Below the pieces are notes generated by a model. It ran no database searches and was not told where the DNA came from. It was given only the letters and a program-made list of their open reading frames with translations. The position numbers were made by a program, and so were the translations under genes. Positions 37,557 through 47,356 of a stretch of 51,415 nucleotides of DNA are shown here, piece by piece (position 1 is the first letter of the stretch; each line of letters begins with the position of its first letter). Source of the stretch: Myxococcota bacterium (lineage in GTDB: Bacteria > Myxococcota > SpSt-1050). Location of the stretch: positions 1 through 51,415 of the forward strand of contig JBMFOP010000007.1 in assembly GCA_049969675.1 (NCBI GenBank), given 5' to 3'.

Positions 37557-39517
37557 TGGAGATGAACTATTCAAATTATGTAATTATTGCAATATTGCTC
37601 CCATTTATAGGTACAGTTATTAATGGAGTATTTATCAGATATATCCCCAAAAGTTTATCCGGAATAGTTGCCTCCCTTTCAATTTTATCTTCTTTTGTAA
37701 TCTTTGGTCTAATATATATCTTTTGGGGGAAGTCACTTAGGAACCCTCAGATAATACAGATTATAAGCTGGCTCAATCTTGGGGATTTTCAGGCAGATAT
37801 TAACCTACTTCTGGATAGGCTCTCTCTGATAATGGCCCTTATGGTTACAGGGGTCTCATCTCTTATTCATATCTACTCTATCGGTTATATGGAGAATGAT
37901 AGGGGTATAAATAGATACTTTTCATACCTGAATCTCTTCGTAGGCTTTATGTTGATTCTCGTCCTATCTGAAAATATTGTACTTATGTTCGTTGGATGGG
38001 AGGGAGTAGGTCTCTGTTCTTATCTGTTGATAGGTTTCTGGTATTCAGAAGAGGAGAAGGCAAATGCTGGCAGGAAGGCTTTTATAGTCAACCGAATCGG
38101 AGATCTGGCATTTATTATAGGTATATTTTTGATTCTTGGACACTTCGGTTCAGCCTCATTTTCAGTTATAAATGAGAGGGCATATCTTACACCAGAAAAT
38201 CTTGCATTTGTGATTACATTGCTTCTATTTATTGGTGCAACAGGTAAATCTGCACAGATCCCACTATATGTCTGGCTACCGGATGCTATGGCCGGTCCGA
38301 CACCGGTCTCAGCCCTCATTCATGCAGCGACAATGGTGACGGCTGGGGTATATATGATTTGCAGGCTTGGTAATCTCTTTATTATGTCCGAGATGACGAT
38401 GGCAATTATAATGCTTGTCGGCTCCTTTACAGCCCTATTCTCAGCAACCATTGCAATATGCCAGAATGATATCAAAAAAATACTTGCATATTCAACAATA
38501 AGCCAGCTCGGTTTTATGTTTACGGCTGCTGGTGCATTTGCCTTCAGTGCCGCTATGTTTCATCTAATTACACATGCATTCTTCAAGGCGGCACTATTCT
38601 TGCTCGCAGGCTCTGTAATACACTCCCTCTCTCAGGAGCAGGATATCAATAAGATGGGAGGGCTCGACAAAAAATTGCCTCATACCTCATTGATGTTCTG
38701 GCTCGCAGCCTTAACTATTGCCGGGATTCCTCCATTCTCAGCCTTCTTCTCAAAGGATGAGATTCTATTTAAGGTATTTATTGCTGAAAATTCGGCGCTT
38801 CCATTCGTGCCAAAGTTCTCCTACTTCCTGCTGCTCTTTACCTCTTTTCTAACTGCCCTTTATATCTCAAGACTCTATTTCAAGGTATTTACTGGCGACT
38901 ATAGAGGAGATGCACACCCCCACGAATCACCGAAGGTAATGCTTATCCCGCTCTGGATATTGACTGTGTTATTTGCTGTAACAGGACCTCTCGGGATGGG
39001 AGGCGGTATAGCACATATAATGGAAATACCTCTTAAATTTTTCAATAAAAACATACACTTAACCAACAATATTGAACGATTACTTGAACCTTCAATAGCA
39101 TCCTTTGGAATGAGTTCGGATAACATATCACTTGAGATTTTCTTAATTCTGATATCAGTTATTGTCGCCTTCGCTGGCTGGCTCACCGGTAGATACCTAT
39201 ATTTTGGTAGTGAGGCGCCGATTCTGGAGCGGATAAATCAGAGATTTTACTCAGTTCAAAATCTTCTATTCAACAAATACTATATAGATGAAGTTTATGA
39301 CTACCTTTTTGTGAAACCATATTACTATTTATCAAAAGGGCTGTTTGGGCTGCTGGATAGGGTCATTATAGAGACCATCCTGATAGGATTTACTGTAAGG
39401 GTCGTCTATATAACAGGTTACATCCTCAGGCTCTTTCAGAATGGATACTTATACAGGATTATCTGTGTCGGATTAATTGGACTTGGGCTTATTCTATATT
39501 TCATAGCAGGTAGATAA
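37556..39517 (+). CDS. nuoL: NADH-quinone oxidoreductase subunit L
   Basis: GWEGVGLCSYLLIGFW, NRIGD, GKSAQIPL..WLPDAMAGPTPVSALIHAATMVTAG. Confidence 0.97.
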   Translation: MEMNYSNYVIIAILLPFIGTVINGVFIRYIPKSLSGIVASLSILSSFVIFGLIYIFWGKSLRNPQIIQIISWLNLGDFQADINLLLDRLSLIMALMVTGVSSLIHIYSIGYMENDRGINRYFSYLNLFVGFMLILVLSENIVLMFVGWEGVGLCSYLLIGFWYSEEEKANAGRKAFIVNRIGDLAFIIGIFLILGHFGSASFSVINERAYLTPENLAFVITLLLFIGATGKSAQIPLYVWLPDAMAGPTPVSALIHAATMVTAGVYMICRLGNLFIMSEMTMAIIMLVGSFTALFSATIAICQNDIKKILAYSTISQLGFMFTAAGAFAFSAAMFHLITHAFFKAALFLLAGSVIHSLSQEQDINKMGGLDKKLPHTSLMFWLAALTIAGIPPFSAFFSKDEILFKVFIAENSALPFVPKFSYFLLLFTSFLTALYISRLYFKVFTGDYRGDAHPHESPKVMLIPLWILTVLFAVTGPLGMGGGIAHIMEIPLKFFNKNIHLTNNIERLLEPSIASFGMSSDNISLEIFLILISVIVAFAGWLTGRYLYFGSEAPILERINQRFYSVQNLLFNKYYIDEVYDYLFVKPYYYLSKGLFGLLDRVIIETILIGFTVRVVYITGYILRLFQNGYLYRIICVGLIGLGLILYFIAGR

Positions 39518-41019
39518 TGAATTACCCGGAGATATTGACATTCTTACTCTTTTCGCCGTTGGCAGGGCTATTGATATTGCTCCTTTTACCAAAAGAGGAG
39601 AAGGAGCTTATAAAGAATATTGCATTTATATGGTCCTTAATCCCGTTTGGTTTATCTATAATCTTATTGTTTTTATTTGAGACAAATAATCCCGATTTCC
39701 AGTTTGAATCAATGGTAAGATGGATACCTTCACTGAATATCTATTTTCATATCGGAGTTGATGGAATAAGTCTCTTCCTTATATTGCTCACCACTTTATC
39801 TGTCTCAATTGTACTACTGTCCTCCTACAATTACATCAAAGCAGAGGAGAAGCTCTATTATTGTATGATTCTACTGCTTGAGAGTGCTATGCTCGGGACA
39901 TTTTTATCGCTTGACCTGATTCTATTCTTCCTCTTCTGGGAGGCGATGCTCATACCGATGTATTTTATAATCGCTATCTGGGGAGGAGAGAGAAGGGTAT
40001 ATGCAACATTTAAGTTTGTAATCTATACATCTATTGGTTCTGTATTGATGCTTCTCGGAATATTCTATATTGGTAAGATCTCTGGTAGTTTCTCAATTGC
40101 TGATATTTACGGGACAAACTTTTCTTATAAAGAACAGGTTCTTTTATTCGGGGCATTCTTCCTATCTTTTGCGATTAAAGTCCCATTGTTCCCGGTTCAT
40201 ACCTGGCTGCCAGATGCACATGTAGAGGCCCCAACCGGTGGTTCTGTAATACTTGCAGCCATTCTCCTCAAGATGGGTACATATGGAATGCTTAGATTTG
40301 TAATTCCACTATTCCCGGAGGCAGTCTCAACCTTTGCACCATCAGTAATGGTCCTCTCAGTGATTGGAATTGTATATGCCGCTATGGCTTCCTATGTGCA
40401 GAGGGACATTAAGAAGCTTGTTGCATATTCCTCTGTTTCCCATATGGGACTTATTGTACTCGGTATCTTTTCACTTAGCTCCATTTCTATAAGTGGGGGT
40501 ATTTATCAGATGGTCTCACATGGGCTCTCAACAGGGACACTCTTTTTAATAGTAGGCATTTTGTATGAACGTAGACATACAAGGCTTATCTCAGAGTATG
40601 GCGGTATTGCATCAGTGATGCCAGCATTTTCAACATTCTTTATGATTGCAACACTTACTTCTATTGCAGTTCCATTCACCTCTGGTTTTGCTGGAGAATT
40701 TATGGTTTTATTTGGTTCTTATTCATCGCCATTTTTGAACAGAATAATAGAATATGGAAGGTTATTTGTCTATATTGCTGCATCGGGTATGTTATTTGGC
40801 GCAATCTATATGCTATTTGCATATCAGAAGATAATCTTTGGGCCAAATCTTAAAGAGGAGAACCAGAAGTTAAGTGATTTGACATTGAGAGAATATTTAG
40901 TCCTCATTCCCTATGCGGTACTTATGATATTTATGGGAATTAATACCAGATTTATTGTAGATAGAGTAATGCCATCAGTAGAGAAGTTAATACAGATCTT
41001 TAATGCAGGGCTTAAGTGA
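39517..41019 (+). CDS. nuoM: NADH-quinone oxidoreductase subunit M
   Basis: FWEAMLIPMY, KVPLFPVHTWLPDAHVEAPT, AYSSVSHMG, FAGEF. Confidence 0.97.
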   Translation: MNYPEILTFLLFSPLAGLLILLLLPKEEKELIKNIAFIWSLIPFGLSIILLFLFETNNPDFQFESMVRWIPSLNIYFHIGVDGISLFLILLTTLSVSIVLLSSYNYIKAEEKLYYCMILLLESAMLGTFLSLDLILFFLFWEAMLIPMYFIIAIWGGERRVYATFKFVIYTSIGSVLMLLGIFYIGKISGSFSIADIYGTNFSYKEQVLLFGAFFLSFAIKVPLFPVHTWLPDAHVEAPTGGSVILAAILLKMGTYGMLRFVIPLFPEAVSTFAPSVMVLSVIGIVYAAMASYVQRDIKKLVAYSSVSHMGLIVLGIFSLSSISISGGIYQMVSHGLSTGTLFLIVGILYERRHTRLISEYGGIASVMPAFSTFFMIATLTSIAVPFTSGFAGEFMVLFGSYSSPFLNRIIEYGRLFVYIAASGMLFGAIYMLFAYQKIIFGPNLKEENQKLSDLTLREYLVLIPYAVLMIFMGINTRFIVDRVMPSVEKLIQIFNAGLK

Positions 41020-42506
41020 TGCAAGAACTTCTTACCAACATATTATCTTTGATATTTTTATTCCTATCATCTCTGCTTTTGCTCATTATTCTCTCATTTA
41101 AGAGGAGAGAGAGTGGTTCGGGATTTATAAATACTCTATCGGTGATATCCCTGATAATCGGTTTATTCTGGGAGTCATACAGGATTTATTCCTCGGGCGG
41201 AGAATATCTCGGTCATATGATAACAGTCAATAACCTTACTTCAATCTCAACAATAATTCTTTATATAACAGGCATTTTTAGCATAATTATTACAGATTCA
41301 TTCAGAGGATTCTTAACCGAAGATAGAGGGGATTCTGCAATCCTAACCCTGTTTGGATTATGTGGTATGCAACTTATGATAATATCTTCGGAATTTATAT
41401 TGATGTTGATAGGACTTGAAATTGCCTCAATGTCTCTCTTTGTACTCTCGGCAAGAAATCACAGATCAAGGCTCGCTATAGAAGGTACAATAAAATACCT
41501 GATATTTAGTTCTGTATTCTTTGCAATATCGCTTTTAGGAGTTGCCCTGCTTTATGGATATATGCTCTCAGTCGGTCTAACTTCTGATATGTTGAGCTTT
41601 CATAATCTTGGATTTGCAGGGAGGTCAATAAATGCAGGGAATGTTCTATTTATAATAATGTATATTTTTATTGTAGCACTAATCCTGCTAAAACTCGGAA
41701 TTGTCCCATTTCATATGTGGATGCCCGATTTTTACGAAGGCTCAGCCTCCTGTGTATCCGGGTTTGCCTCTACTTCTATTAAAGTTGCCTCCACGATTCT
41801 TCTGGTCAATATATTCTCAAAACTCTTCTTTATGCCACTTGTAGCCGATTATCATATCGCATTTAAGTTTCTGGAGCTTTTGACGATAATCACGATTATT
41901 GTTGCTACTGTAATTGCCCTTCATCAGACAAATGCCAAAAGACTTATTGCATACTCCAGCATCGCCAATGCAGCAATAATTATGCTTGGAATACTATCTT
42001 TTACCGTAATGCAGAAGGAGATGAGAGGCGCTATCCTGTCAAATGTCTTATTCTTTCTCCTGATTTACTCTATAATGAATCTTCTGGCCTTTGGTATTAT
42101 ATCAAGGCTGGAGAAGGCTGGAGGGGAGAATCAGCTCCTTACGAATTTTAGTGGATTATATTATAAATCACCATTTCTTGCAATCGCTTTATCTGTTGCA
42201 CTCTTCTCCCTTGCCGGGCTACCACCTACCGGTGGATTCTTTGCAAAGTTATTCATCTTTAAGTCCGCCATAGACTCCGGGTTGATCCAGACATCGGTGA
42301 TTGCGATTTTGATGACCATAATATCACTCTACTACTACCTCAACTTTGTCGTTATTATGTTTTTAAAAGAACCAGTGGGTGAGAAGCGGTATGATGGCTC
42401 TATCTCATTTAATATCTCAACTTCATTAATGCTCTTTATCCTCATAATAACAGGATTTTTCCCGAATATACTAACAAACCTCATCTCGGAGTTGATAGGG
42501 AAGTAG
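41016..42506 (+). CDS. nuoN: NADH-quinone oxidoreductase subunit N
   Basis: GLEIAS, KLGIVPFHMWMPDFYEG, KRLIAYSSI, SLAGLPPTGGFFAK. Confidence 0.95.
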   Translation: MMQELLTNILSLIFLFLSSLLLLIILSFKRRESGSGFINTLSVISLIIGLFWESYRIYSSGGEYLGHMITVNNLTSISTIILYITGIFSIIITDSFRGFLTEDRGDSAILTLFGLCGMQLMIISSEFILMLIGLEIASMSLFVLSARNHRSRLAIEGTIKYLIFSSVFFAISLLGVALLYGYMLSVGLTSDMLSFHNLGFAGRSINAGNVLFIIMYIFIVALILLKLGIVPFHMWMPDFYEGSASCVSGFASTSIKVASTILLVNIFSKLFFMPLVADYHIAFKFLELLTIITIIVATVIALHQTNAKRLIAYSSIANAAIIMLGILSFTVMQKEMRGAILSNVLFFLLIYSIMNLLAFGIISRLEKAGGENQLLTNFSGLYYKSPFLAIALSVALFSLAGLPPTGGFFAKLFIFKSAIDSGLIQTSVIAILMTIISLYYYLNFVVIMFLKEPVGEKRYDGSISFNISTSLMLFILIITGFFPNILTNLISELIGK

Positions 42507-42615
42507 ATCACCTCTTTCCACAAGCAATCAATAAAATGAGGGGGTATTGTTAATTCAAATTATTTGACAAATAAGAAGTTATGATTTAATTGGATAACAG
42601 GAAATGTGAGGTACT

Positions 42616-43575
42616 GTGATGAGAAGGCTATTATATATTTTTTCTATTCTGCTTATTATTTCATTTGGGGCATATTCGCAGGAATTAAAGCAGTCTCTCT
42701 GTTTTGAAAATCTCTTTGGTCCCAATATCATAACATTTGAGAAGAAGGCAAATCTGGATGAAGAGGTTGTAATAATTGGATTTCAGTATCCGGGTGATGA
42801 TGTTGAGACCTCCGGTGGAATGGTGATATTTGCAAAGACCGATAGACTCTGGATGCCAGCATATGGTGTCATATTCAGCAAATATGTCCCGAAAGATATA
42901 AAAATAGACGGTAAGATATTGACCATTTCTTTAGAACAATATTCAACTATGCCAGTAAAGAAGATTATTCAGATGGAATATCAGAGAGATTTTGATTTTC
43001 TATCACACAATAAAATGCCATTTGGTGAATTGAAAGTAGAGGCATCTTCTCTGCTAAAAAAGGAAGGTATAAAGGCACAGAATGTAGTAGATTTTAACTT
43101 TGATACCGCGTGGGCAGAAGGTGCAGAGGGTACAGGTATAGATGAGAGTATTGTAATAAAGTTTAAGAATGATGTAAATATCGGTATGGTCGGAGTGATT
43201 CCCGGATTATTCAGTATCCCAAACTTCAAAGATAACAACAGGGTTCACAGAGGGAAGATAAAGTTGCGAATAGAACCTCCAAAGGGAGAGGAAGAGAATT
43301 CAATGTTATTCTCTGTCTCAGAGGAAGAGATTGATATGTCTTTCCCAAACAGACCCAATTGTAGCTTCTTTGATGTGAGACATACCTCTGTCAAGGAGCT
43401 CAAAATTCAGATTACCTCAGTCTATCTGGGAGATAAGAATGATGACGCATATATCAGTGAGATATTTATCTTTGATTTTATAGACCCTGAGAAGTATGGT
43501 AAAGTTGAGCAGAAGGGAAAAGAGGAGACGAAAAAAGATAGAGGAGAATCAAAAGATGAAAAGGACAATAAGTAG
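42616..43575 (+). CDS. Secreted protein with discoidin-like / NADase-type glycan-binding domain
   Basis: Signal peptide; D..xDTAWAEG..G.GI.E, NNRV, V..G.K..D..ISEI pattern. Confidence 0.65.
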   Translation: MMRRLLYIFSILLIISFGAYSQELKQSLCFENLFGPNIITFEKKANLDEEVVIIGFQYPGDDVETSGGMVIFAKTDRLWMPAYGVIFSKYVPKDIKIDGKILTISLEQYSTMPVKKIIQMEYQRDFDFLSHNKMPFGELKVEASSLLKKEGIKAQNVVDFNFDTAWAEGAEGTGIDESIVIKFKNDVNIGMVGVIPGLFSIPNFKDNNRVHRGKIKLRIEPPKGEEENSMLFSVSEEEIDMSFPNRPNCSFFDVRHTSVKELKIQITSVYLGDKNDDAYISEIFIFDFIDPEKYGKVEQKGKEETKKDRGESKDEKDNK

Positions 43576-43846
43576 ATTTACCATAATATTGATATTAATA
43601 TCTTTTATTGCGGGTTGTGGATATAAAGATGAGATAGAACACCTTAAATCCGAAGTCGGACAGATAAAGGGAGAGTTGCAAAAGACTGAGGAATCTATAG
43701 CAATTTTTTCAAAAGACCTCGCACTTGTAAAAAACGATATAGAATCAATTAGCAAAGAATTGGAAAGGTTAAATCAGAAACTTTCTACCGAGAAGCAGCA
43801 AAATATTCAGAGTAAGGCAAAGCCAAAGAAGAAGAAACGAAAGTAA
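43556..43846 (+). CDS. Small coiled-coil lipoprotein with basic tail
   Basis: GAGGAG RBS, lipobox IAGC, heptad-like body, KAKPKKKKRK end. Confidence 0.75.
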   Translation: MKRTISRFTIILILISFIAGCGYKDEIEHLKSEVGQIKGELQKTEESIAIFSKDLALVKNDIESISKELERLNQKLSTEKQQNIQSKAKPKKKKRK

Positions 43847-43847
43847 A

Positions 43848-43952
43848 TCAACCAGCCTTTCTCCTCAATGTGGCCTTTCTTGCACGATGTCTCTTATATG
43901 CCTTTAGTCTGTTACATTTTTTCCTGTTTCTGTGGGCAAATGACCTCTTCAT
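43848..43952 (-). CDS. 34-aa highly basic small protein (not in ORF track)
   Basis: GAGGAGG RBS then MKRSFAHRNRKKCNRLKAYKRHRARKATLRRKAG*; 16 K/R, no D/E; fills the intergenic gap. Confidence 0.75.
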   Translation of the reverse strand: MKRSFAHRNRKKCNRLKAYKRHRARKATLRRKAG

Positions 43953-44079
43953 CTTCTAAATCCTCCTCAATGAGAAGGTCTCATTTATAGTAAAAATCGG
44001 AATTTTGCAATAAGTATATAAAAAAATTATTGATATTTATTTCTTTATGATATAACCTCTATCCTGACCGGAGGATATG

Positions 44080-44850
44080 ATGAGAATGAAAGGTATATTA
44101 CTACTACTTTTTATTATGTCATTCTCTATAGATTCAACTATTCTTTCAAAGGAGACAGGCAGGGTTCTTAAACCAGCCCCGGGGAAAAAAGAGGAACCTA
44201 AGAAATCTATTAGACCCTCAACGGCAGAGACAAAAAAGATAAAATATGAAGAACTTTCTAAAGTGATAAAGGAGAGTACCGAAAGGTATCTACTACAATA
44301 TAAAGATATTTTGAAGGAGGAGATCAAGCCTAAAACAGAGTTTGAGACAGAGGAGGAGTACAGGAAGAGAGTTGAAGGCGCATCGGCAGAGCTCAATAAG
44401 AAGAAGATTCAATTAATGGGGGAGATATACAGGAAGAAGGTCTATTATAGAATTAATGAGAATCCGGTTGAGCTCCCTCAATATAATGCAGAAGAGAAGT
44501 ATTTTGATATAAAATTAGCGACACTACCACTTCTGGAAAATGTGATATATCAACCACCTGAGGAGGAGACAAATCTGAGATTTGTCCCAACAGAGGCGGG
44601 GGTAGATCTGATGCTAAGATTAAAGATTCCCCCCAACGAGGGTAAGAGGCTTAGAGAGAATGATAAGAACATTAGAGAGAACCTCTCATTCACAATTTAT
44701 GTGAGCCTGAAAAATCAGGAAGACCTGAATATATATAGTGTAGTTGCATTTAGTGAAGTAGAACTTTATGTAAAAAATAAAGATTCAGTCTCTTCAATCT
44801 ATAAACAATCATTAAGGATTAACACACCTACATTTCCAAAGAGAGATTGA
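44080..44850 (+). CDS. Secreted hypothetical protein (KxEFETxxEYxxR motif)
   Basis: GGAGG RBS, signal-like N-terminus, PKTEFETEEEYRKR, YNAE..YF; start codon uncertain. Confidence 0.75.
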   Translation: MRMKGILLLLFIMSFSIDSTILSKETGRVLKPAPGKKEEPKKSIRPSTAETKKIKYEELSKVIKESTERYLLQYKDILKEEIKPKTEFETEEEYRKRVEGASAELNKKKIQLMGEIYRKKVYYRINENPVELPQYNAEEKYFDIKLATLPLLENVIYQPPEEETNLRFVPTEAGVDLMLRLKIPPNEGKRLRENDKNIRENLSFTIYVSLKNQEDLNIYSVVAFSEVELYVKNKDSVSSIYKQSLRINTPTFPKRD

Positions 44851-44862
44851 GAAGGAGAGCGT

Positions 44863-45534
44863 ATGAGAAGGTTATTTATATTTTTTATAGTCATTTTATT
44901 CCCTCTATCTGCATTTTCAGGGGCTAATCTCAAATTACCACAGGAGGGACATACTGCAAATATCTCGGCTGGTATGGTGCTCAATCCATGGAAGAATCTG
45001 GATTACATTGGCTGGCAATTTGGTATCGCATATCACTATCAGGCATCAGATTTTGCAATGATAGGTCCAGCGATATATTATCATCACCACGGTGGTGCAG
45101 TTCAACTCAAAGATATGCCTATGGCAGCCCTTCCACCAGATTATAAGACCGAACTTGCACTTAATGCTGTAAGGATTGGTATGCAATTCCTGATGAACCC
45201 TGCAGCCAGAATGTCAAAGATGAAGTATATGTGGCCATATTTTTCGGGTGACATAGGACTTGCAATTCAGAATGTCTCAGATGTGAAGACAGATGCTACT
45301 CACATTACAAATGTATCTGACTGGTCCGGTGATTTATATATAAAACCGGGTGCTGGAATCCTTCTTTATCCCCGTTCAAAAGTTACTATCTATGTTGATA
45401 TGTCTTATCTATTTATTCCAACATATAAGTTTATGTATAAAGAATTCAATTACTTTGGACAACCAACAAATAGACCTATAGATTTTAATACAGATGGTTT
45501 TATATTTGAAATAGGCGCATTTATCAATTTTTAG
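44863..45534 (+). CDS. Outer-membrane beta-barrel protein
   Basis: Signal peptide, alternating aromatic strands, C-terminal BAM-type signal FIFEIGAFINF. Confidence 0.75.
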   Translation: MRRLFIFFIVILFPLSAFSGANLKLPQEGHTANISAGMVLNPWKNLDYIGWQFGIAYHYQASDFAMIGPAIYYHHHGGAVQLKDMPMAALPPDYKTELALNAVRIGMQFLMNPAARMSKMKYMWPYFSGDIGLAIQNVSDVKTDATHITNVSDWSGDLYIKPGAGILLYPRSKVTIYVDMSYLFIPTYKFMYKEFNYFGQPTNRPIDFNTDGFIFEIGAFINF

Positions 45535-45545
45535 GGAGTGTTGAT

Positions 45546-46163
45546 ATGTTGAGAAATTCAATTCTTTTTATTCTGATAATTATTGTATCATTATCCTGTG
45601 GGATATTTGGGAGTGAACCCGAGAGCAGTAAGACATTTGCGAATGCCACAAGAGTGGTAATTATCAGCCCGGATGTAAAATGCTCTCAGGTAGACCTGGA
45701 GAATGAGCCCTTTAAGTTTGGGACGCTTATTAACAGTAAGACCGAACTCGGCATCTCTGGTTCTAAGAGGGTGGTGGCGGCGATTTTTAAGACCAAACCA
45801 CAGGAACAGACCGGCAGATTGATAAACAATAACGACATTGTCTGGATCTGGACATCTGGTATGCGTTCTGATGGAAGGGCACTTGAGGGAAAGATCACTC
45901 TGGTTGATGGAGTTAAGGCTGATGAGAATGGCGAACCATTGAGTCTCACATCCTGTAAGGTTTATAGGGATAGAGGAGATAAAGAGGCAGAAAACTACTG
46001 TGTAAATCTGGATTATAAACAGCTTTATTGGTTAGCTGTATGGGCATATAATGAAGATAGAGAGATATCGTATTGGACAGATACCCCAATGCCTTTCTTT
46101 GTAAAATGTCCGGCGGGGAAACAGGATTGTCCTAAGGCTGAAAATTACAATGACTGTAAATAA
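45546..46163 (+). CDS. Hypothetical lipoprotein
   Basis: Lipobox SLSC; several Cys; no recognisable family. Confidence 0.75.
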   Translation: MLRNSILFILIIIVSLSCGIFGSEPESSKTFANATRVVIISPDVKCSQVDLENEPFKFGTLINSKTELGISGSKRVVAAIFKTKPQEQTGRLINNNDIVWIWTSGMRSDGRALEGKITLVDGVKADENGEPLSLTSCKVYRDRGDKEAENYCVNLDYKQLYWLAVWAYNEDREISYWTDTPMPFFVKCPAGKQDCPKAENYNDCK

Positions 46164-46181
46164 TATTTTTTTATTCTGAAT

Positions 46182-46505
46182 CTATTTTAATGCCTTTTCA
46201 ACAAGGGATTCTATCTTCTTTGCAGGCACCAGCCCGGTTATCTGGTCAACTACCTTTCCATTCTTAAAGACAAGTAGAGTCGGAATAGACATAATCCGAT
46301 ATCTGGATGCAGTATTTGGATTCTCATCTACATTGAGTTTGGCGAATGTGACTTTTCCGATGTATCTATTTGCCACCTGTTCAAAGGCTGGAGCAAGTGC
46401 CTTACAGGGCATACACCATTCTGCCCAGAAATCTACAATGGTGATCCCATTTTGAATTGTGGCCTCAAAATCTGAGTCCTTTAAGTGTTTGATATTCTCT
46501 GCCAT
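46182..46505 (-). CDS. trxA: Thioredoxin
   Basis: VDFWAEWCMPC, NVDEN, IMSIPTL..FKNG; AGGAGG RBS. Confidence 0.95.
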   Translation of the reverse strand: MAENIKHLKDSDFEATIQNGITIVDFWAEWCMPCKALAPAFEQVANRYIGKVTFAKLNVDENPNTASRYRIMSIPTLLVFKNGKVVDQITGLVPAKKIESLVEKALK

Positions 46506-46535
46506 TGTCCCTCTTCCTCCTATGGCTTTAAATAT

Positions 46536-47324
46536 TTAGTCAAGCGGTGCAACCCGCAATACAATTTTTAGATGAATCTTAAATTTAACATTCCCCTGTG
46601 GTTTATTCCTGTATTTATCAGAATCTATATAGAGTAAAATTCCATCTCGTAAAATCTTATTTATCGGGTCACAGAACATAATCTTTGGAGTGAATTCAAG
46701 TCGTTTAAGGTGTTCTGAAGGTGCATCTTTCCCACCCGGTATTATATTACACTGTGAAGCCGCCTCTGATTCAAAATCTGGTTCGCACTCATAATACCCA
46801 TCTTTATTAAGTACATAATTAGAGGTTGTATCAGGTGTCTCCTGCTCTGAACCACAGAGGAGGGTTGTCTTGCTCTCAATATCAGGGCTCAGTTTGGGGA
46901 GGGTAGAAACAAGTATTGTCTCCTGTGTCTCATCAGTAGATTGCGGATCTACCCCACTCTTTGATATTGCAAGAATGGAGGGTCTTATCTCCTGTGTAAA
47001 ACCATTCTCTTCTACAATGAAAGCAAGAGATTCTATTCTGACATTGTATATTTTATTTGCGTACTGCTTTATTTCCTCTCTGTCAGAGATTGAGGCCATA
47101 ATGTCTTTGGGAAGTGGAATGTATATATCATCCCTCTTTATTCCAGAAGGTAGTGGGTCGGGTAGTTTATCAAGTCCAGCCACCTTTAATGCAGTTGTGA
47201 TATCAAATGCAATCGGGATATCAAATTCAAGGGGGACCTCAGCAGTGACCCTATCAAAGATTCCGCAGGAATTAAAAATTATTAGAGAACAAAAAATCAA
47301 TAATGATAGTTTTTTTCTAATCAT
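46536..47324 (-). CDS. Hypothetical lipoprotein
   Basis: MIRKK + hydrophobic stretch + FNSC lipobox; start uncertain (ORF open to 47360). Confidence 0.7.
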   Translation of the reverse strand: MIRKKLSLLIFCSLIIFNSCGIFDRVTAEVPLEFDIPIAFDITTALKVAGLDKLPDPLPSGIKRDDIYIPLPKDIMASISDREEIKQYANKIYNVRIESLAFIVEENGFTQEIRPSILAISKSGVDPQSTDETQETILVSTLPKLSPDIESKTTLLCGSEQETPDTTSNYVLNKDGYYECEPDFESEAASQCNIIPGGKDAPSEHLKRLEFTPKIMFCDPINKILRDGILLYIDSDKYRNKPQGNVKFKIHLKIVLRVAPLD

Positions 47325-47356
47325 AGTAATTCTCATAATACTAAATTTAAAATTAT

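Noticed and set aside
46182..46505. WCMPC instead of WCGPC in thioredoxin
   Set aside because: Variation in the CxxC dipeptide is common; not distinctive
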